Part shown: piece by piece, positions 60,249 to 64,000 of the stretch | Numbering within the stretch: the first letter of the stretch is position 1 | How the letters are laid out: each line of letters starts with the position of its first letter | Assembly (NCBI GenBank): GCA_030390025.1 | Contig: CM059431.1 | Location: 158,102,001 to 158,166,000, forward strand | Length of the DNA stretch: 64,000 nt | Direction: 5' to 3' | Source: Squalus acanthias | Lineage: Eukaryota | Position numbers and translations under genes: made by a program | Notes under the pieces: generated by a model | The model's input: only the letters and a program-made list of their open reading frames with translations | The model's database searches: none | What the model was told of the DNA's origin: nothing

Positions 60249-61968
60249 CTGAGCATTTTGCATTTGTGTAACACAGGTAGAAGCCTCCGGATGTGTTCAC
60301 TTTCAATTCCACAGTAAACTATGTTCAGTTCCTCAATCATCTCACAGGGTTCCAGGACAGTCGCCAGTACTGTGCAGTCCATCATGTTCAGTGGAACACC
60401 GCTAAATTCAGTTTTCTTCATTGATCCAAGTAGCTCCCGCATGAGCTGCGTGTCCTGAGATTCATACAGGAGATAGAATGTGTTCAGGAGTGTTCTTTTG
60501 CTCTCCGCACTGTGCACGTTTTTGAAATCTTCGTCCAGCTTCGTCCTCAGCCAATCCTTGACCTGTTTGACTGAACTTTCAGGAAAGGAACCCAAATCAT
60601 CCTGAAGATTCTGGGCTGAAGAAGGCGAGGAGAGACCAATGAGGAAACGCAGAAATATCTCAAACCGACCATCACTGTAACTGTAGGCGTTATTCAGAAT
60701 GTGTTTTATATCTTGTGGAGGTGAGTTCAGAAGGACGGAGAGAGCCGCGAGGAACTCTTGGATGATGAGGTGAGGGAACGTGTAGACAACAGAATTGGTA
60801 GAGGAATCTTCCTCAAGGATTTCCATCATAAAAGCAGAGGTGAACTGTGAAGGCTGGAGACCCTGGCGACTGAAATCATCATCATAAAATATCAGTTTTC
60901 TCTTGCACACTCCTTCATAAGCCATCGCGCCAATCTTCAGTAAAAGTTCACGTCGGTCCTTTCTATCGCACCCCCACCGTTTTAAAAGGCCAGCGATGTA
61001 ATTTGAAAACAGATGGGAGACAGTTGCAGGCAATGATGTATCGTTTCCTTTGCGTTGTACAAGGAGAGGTCCGAGTGTAGAACAGCTGATGTAACAGTAG
61101 TAAGGATTAAGGCACAGGGTGTACAGGATGTCATTCTGCTCTACGTAAGCAAATACTTCATCAGCAAATTCTTCGTTTTGAAAAAATCTCTTAAAATATT
61201 CTCTTCTTTCTTCTTTAAAGAACCCCAAGATCTCCGCCCAGAGACTGACCCCAGCTTGACCCAGTGATTCCAGGGCAGTGGGTCGGCTCGTGATCAGCAC
61301 TGAACAGCCCTTTAGCAATTTCCCCTGGATCAGACACCGGACAATATCCGACACTTCACCCAGACACTCTGGATCGAAGCAGTGATACTCGATGGCCGCG
61401 TTTCTTTGTTGATCACTGAAATCAATCTTCTCTTTAAGTTCGTGCAAACCATCAAATATTATCAATATTTTATTTGGTTCTTCCCAAACATGCTGAAGGT
61501 ACTTCTGAAAATAAGGATATGAATCCAGAAGCATTTGATTCAGACTTGTCCTGTTTTCTATAGTATTCAAGTCCCGAAATTTAAAAAGAAAGACAAAGTT
61601 GAACTGTTGATATATTTTGTCTGCGGCCCAGTCATGAGCAATCTTCTGCACCATGGTGGTTTTACCGATTCCCGCCACTCCTGTTGCTAACGTGGTTCCA
61701 AATAGACTCGTTCGGTTGAAACTGCTTCTGAATAATTGATCAATCTGAACTTTCTCCAGCAGTTGTTTAACGTTCAGCCTCTGCCACTTTTCGTGTTCTT
61801 GACCTCTAGACAGCAGTTCGTGTTCTACAAGTGAACGTGGACGAGGAGAAGAAATTATTTTTAAGTCTGTGTATTTGTTAAGTGAAACAGACTCTTCGTT
61901 TCTACCATTTGTCACGGTTAGCTTCTCATATTGCTTGCAGATAACTTCTTTGTGTTTCTTTTGAATAT
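60249..61968 (-). CDS. NACHT exon (1720 nt) of an apparently intact fish-type NLR (NLRP3/NLRC3-like)
   Basis: Acceptor catttttaag|at, with the frame open upstream of the ORF-track start (IQKKHKEVICKQYEKLTV). FISNA-like region, Walker A GVAGIGKTT, FLFKFRDLN, Walker B ILIIFDGLHE, sensor LITSRP, winged-helix YTFPHLIIQEFLAAL, and FLRFLIGL. Donor ctcag|gtattt. The upstream exon(s) were not identified. Confidence 0.95.
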
Positions 61969-62663
61969 CTTAAAAATGTACATCCCCAAATCAAGAAAAA
62001 AAGCAGGAAAATAATTAATACAATATTTGATAAAGGGCGTTAGACGAAATGTTAGAAATTGAGTATAATGCTTGATTTGAAGTACAACTAACAGGTAAGA
62101 GACAATTCGCTTTCCCAATGTTTATTCGCACCATCCTTCTTTTCTAATTCTGCTTGCTGACCCCACGAAGAGACCTCATCTCCACTTCTCTCAACTTTCA
62201 TTCGTCACCTGTTAATCTGGGTGACTGTCAGGTGATTGTTTTCGCGTGGGTTGGAGAGTTGTCACAGCGGAATCTAAAGCTTTCTTTCGGGAACAATGGA
62301 TAGAAATAGGAGCTGGAATCCTGGGAGAGATTTCACCCTTTAGGCAGAGTTGTTGAGGCTTATTCTAGCATTTCTAGTGCCAACCTATTTACTTCGTTTC
62401 AGTCAATTGCAACTCGGTGCCAAGCCCCTCAAATATATCTCCCATTATTCGCTAATATATTCGAGAATTATAGCCACTGACTCCCTTGCCGCCCAATGCA
62501 AATAAAAGCAGCAATTAACATTTCACTGTCGGCGTAACTTGTTGTTTTCTAAACGGAAGCGCTTCTTCCTGTATTAGCTTTTCAGTGATCTCAAATATTT
62601 TCTTGAAGTCCAACTTGTCATTTGTCTTAAGAATCTTAAATAGTTAAATAAGACCCCTTCACT

Positions 62664-64000
62664 AATAGGAACATAGGAACATAGGGACAGGAGTAGGTCA
62701 TTTCGTCCCCCGAGCCTGTTCCAAAATTTAATGCAATCATGGCTGATCTGTGATCTTACTCCATAAACTTGTGTATGCCCCATATCCCTTAATACCTTTG
62801 GTTATCAAAAATCTATCAATCTCCGATTTAACATTGACAATTGATCCAGCATCAACTGCCGTGTGCAGAAGGGAGTTCCAAACCTCTACCGCCCTTTGCA
62901 TGTAGAAGTGTATCCTAACTTCACTTCTGAAAGGCCTGGCTCTAATTTTTAGACTAGGCCCGCTAGTCCTAGAATCCCCAACCAAAGGAAATCATTTCTC
63001 TCTATCTACCCAATCAGTTTCACTTAATATCTTGAAAACTTCTATAAAATCAACCCTTAACCTTCTAAATTCCAGGGAATATAACCCTAGGTGGTGCAAT
63101 CGAACCAAGGCCAATATATCCTTCCTAATGTGTGTCCCCAGAGCTGCTCACAGGAGTCAAGGTGTGGTTTTACCAGGGCTTCATATAGTTGTAGCATAAC
63201 TCCTACCCGCTTGCATTCCAGTTCTCGAAATATATAGGCTAGCATTTCATTAGCCTTTTTGATTATTTTCTGTACCTGTACATGACATTTTATTGAACTT
63301 TGTACGTGGACCCCAAGTCTCTTTCGACCTCCACTATTTCTAGCTATTCGCCATTATGAAATTACTCTGTCGTATCCTTCTTAAGTCCAAAGTGGATGAA
63401 CTCATATTTGCCAGCACAGAAATCCATTTGCCAGAGCTTTGCCCAATCGCTTAATCCATTAATATATCTTTGTAATTTTATGCATCTAGAACTACTAAAA
63501 ATGCTGTCTATCTTTGTGTCATCGGCAAACTAGGAGATGTGGCTTTCTATACCATCATCCAAATTTTAGTAATTACAGTGAATCGTTGAGGCCCCAGCAC
63601 AGATCATTGCGGGATACCACTAATCACATCCTGTCAATTAGATACCAGCCCATTATCCCAGAACTCTGTCGCCTGCCACTCAGCCAATTTCCTAACCAAA
63701 TCAATAGGTTGCCTTCAATTCCATGAGCTGAAAATTTAGTTAACAGTTTCTTATGTAGGACTTTCTGAAATGCCTTCCGGAAATCCATATTAATAACATT
63801 CAGACATTCCCCTGTCCACTACTTTAGTCAACTTATGCTTTATAAATCCTTGCTGGATCTCTCCGATAAGCTGCAAAATTTTCAAGCTTTTCAGTCACTC
63901 TATCCATAATTATAACCTCTATTAATTTTTCTACAATACACGTTAGGCTAACTGGTCTATAATTCACTGGTTTCTTTATTTCACTTTTCTTAAATAGCGG
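62664..64000 (-). mobile_element. Decayed CR1 3' part (runs off the window)
   Basis: (aacatagg)n tail, 3' stem-loop, and an RT remnant with FADDTK at ~63513-63530. Confidence 0.85.

Noticed and set aside
62100..62660. Upstream effector-domain exon of the intact NLR
   Set aside because: Only short open frames are present, with no recognisable CARD, PYD or death-fold pattern and no convincing splice pair. The exon may lie beyond the window.

Overview
This is eukaryotic genomic DNA, most likely from a shark or ray. The evidence is an HE1-type V-SINE, a Deu-domain SINE, abundant CR1 LINEs with esterase ORF1, and fish-type NACHT-LRR genes. The window is part of an NLR (NACHT-LRR) immune-gene cluster. 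It holds one apparently intact minus-strand NLR (NACHT exon 60249-61968, LRR exons 51594-51680 and 51222-51413) with an unusual Walker B (FDGLHE). It also holds two pseudogenised NLR paralogues in the arms of a large inverted duplication (1-~4816 vs ~18666-26372). The spacer of that duplication is mostly a 40-bp satellite interrupted by CR1 LINEs. Each arm also carries a GPR139/142-like GPCR fragment joined head-to-head to the NLR remnant. The most striking non-coding signal is a set of short elements resembling Penelope-like retroelement ends. Most are fold-back elements, and they carry minimal hammerhead-ribozyme motifs, 10-15 bp target-site duplications (TSDs) and a ~32-34 nt unpaired tail. 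One is a near-perfect 273-bp-arm palindrome at 45825-46378, one inserted at an NLR splice donor, and one has its hairpin tip at the inner breakpoint of the inverted duplication. Also present are Harbinger-type MITEs with 3-bp TSDs, a Harbinger Myb-like remnant, a near full-length CR1 whose 5' part is inverted, RTE and L2 fragments, and several minisatellites. Coordinates and identities were read by eye, and family names come from motif recognition rather than database searches.
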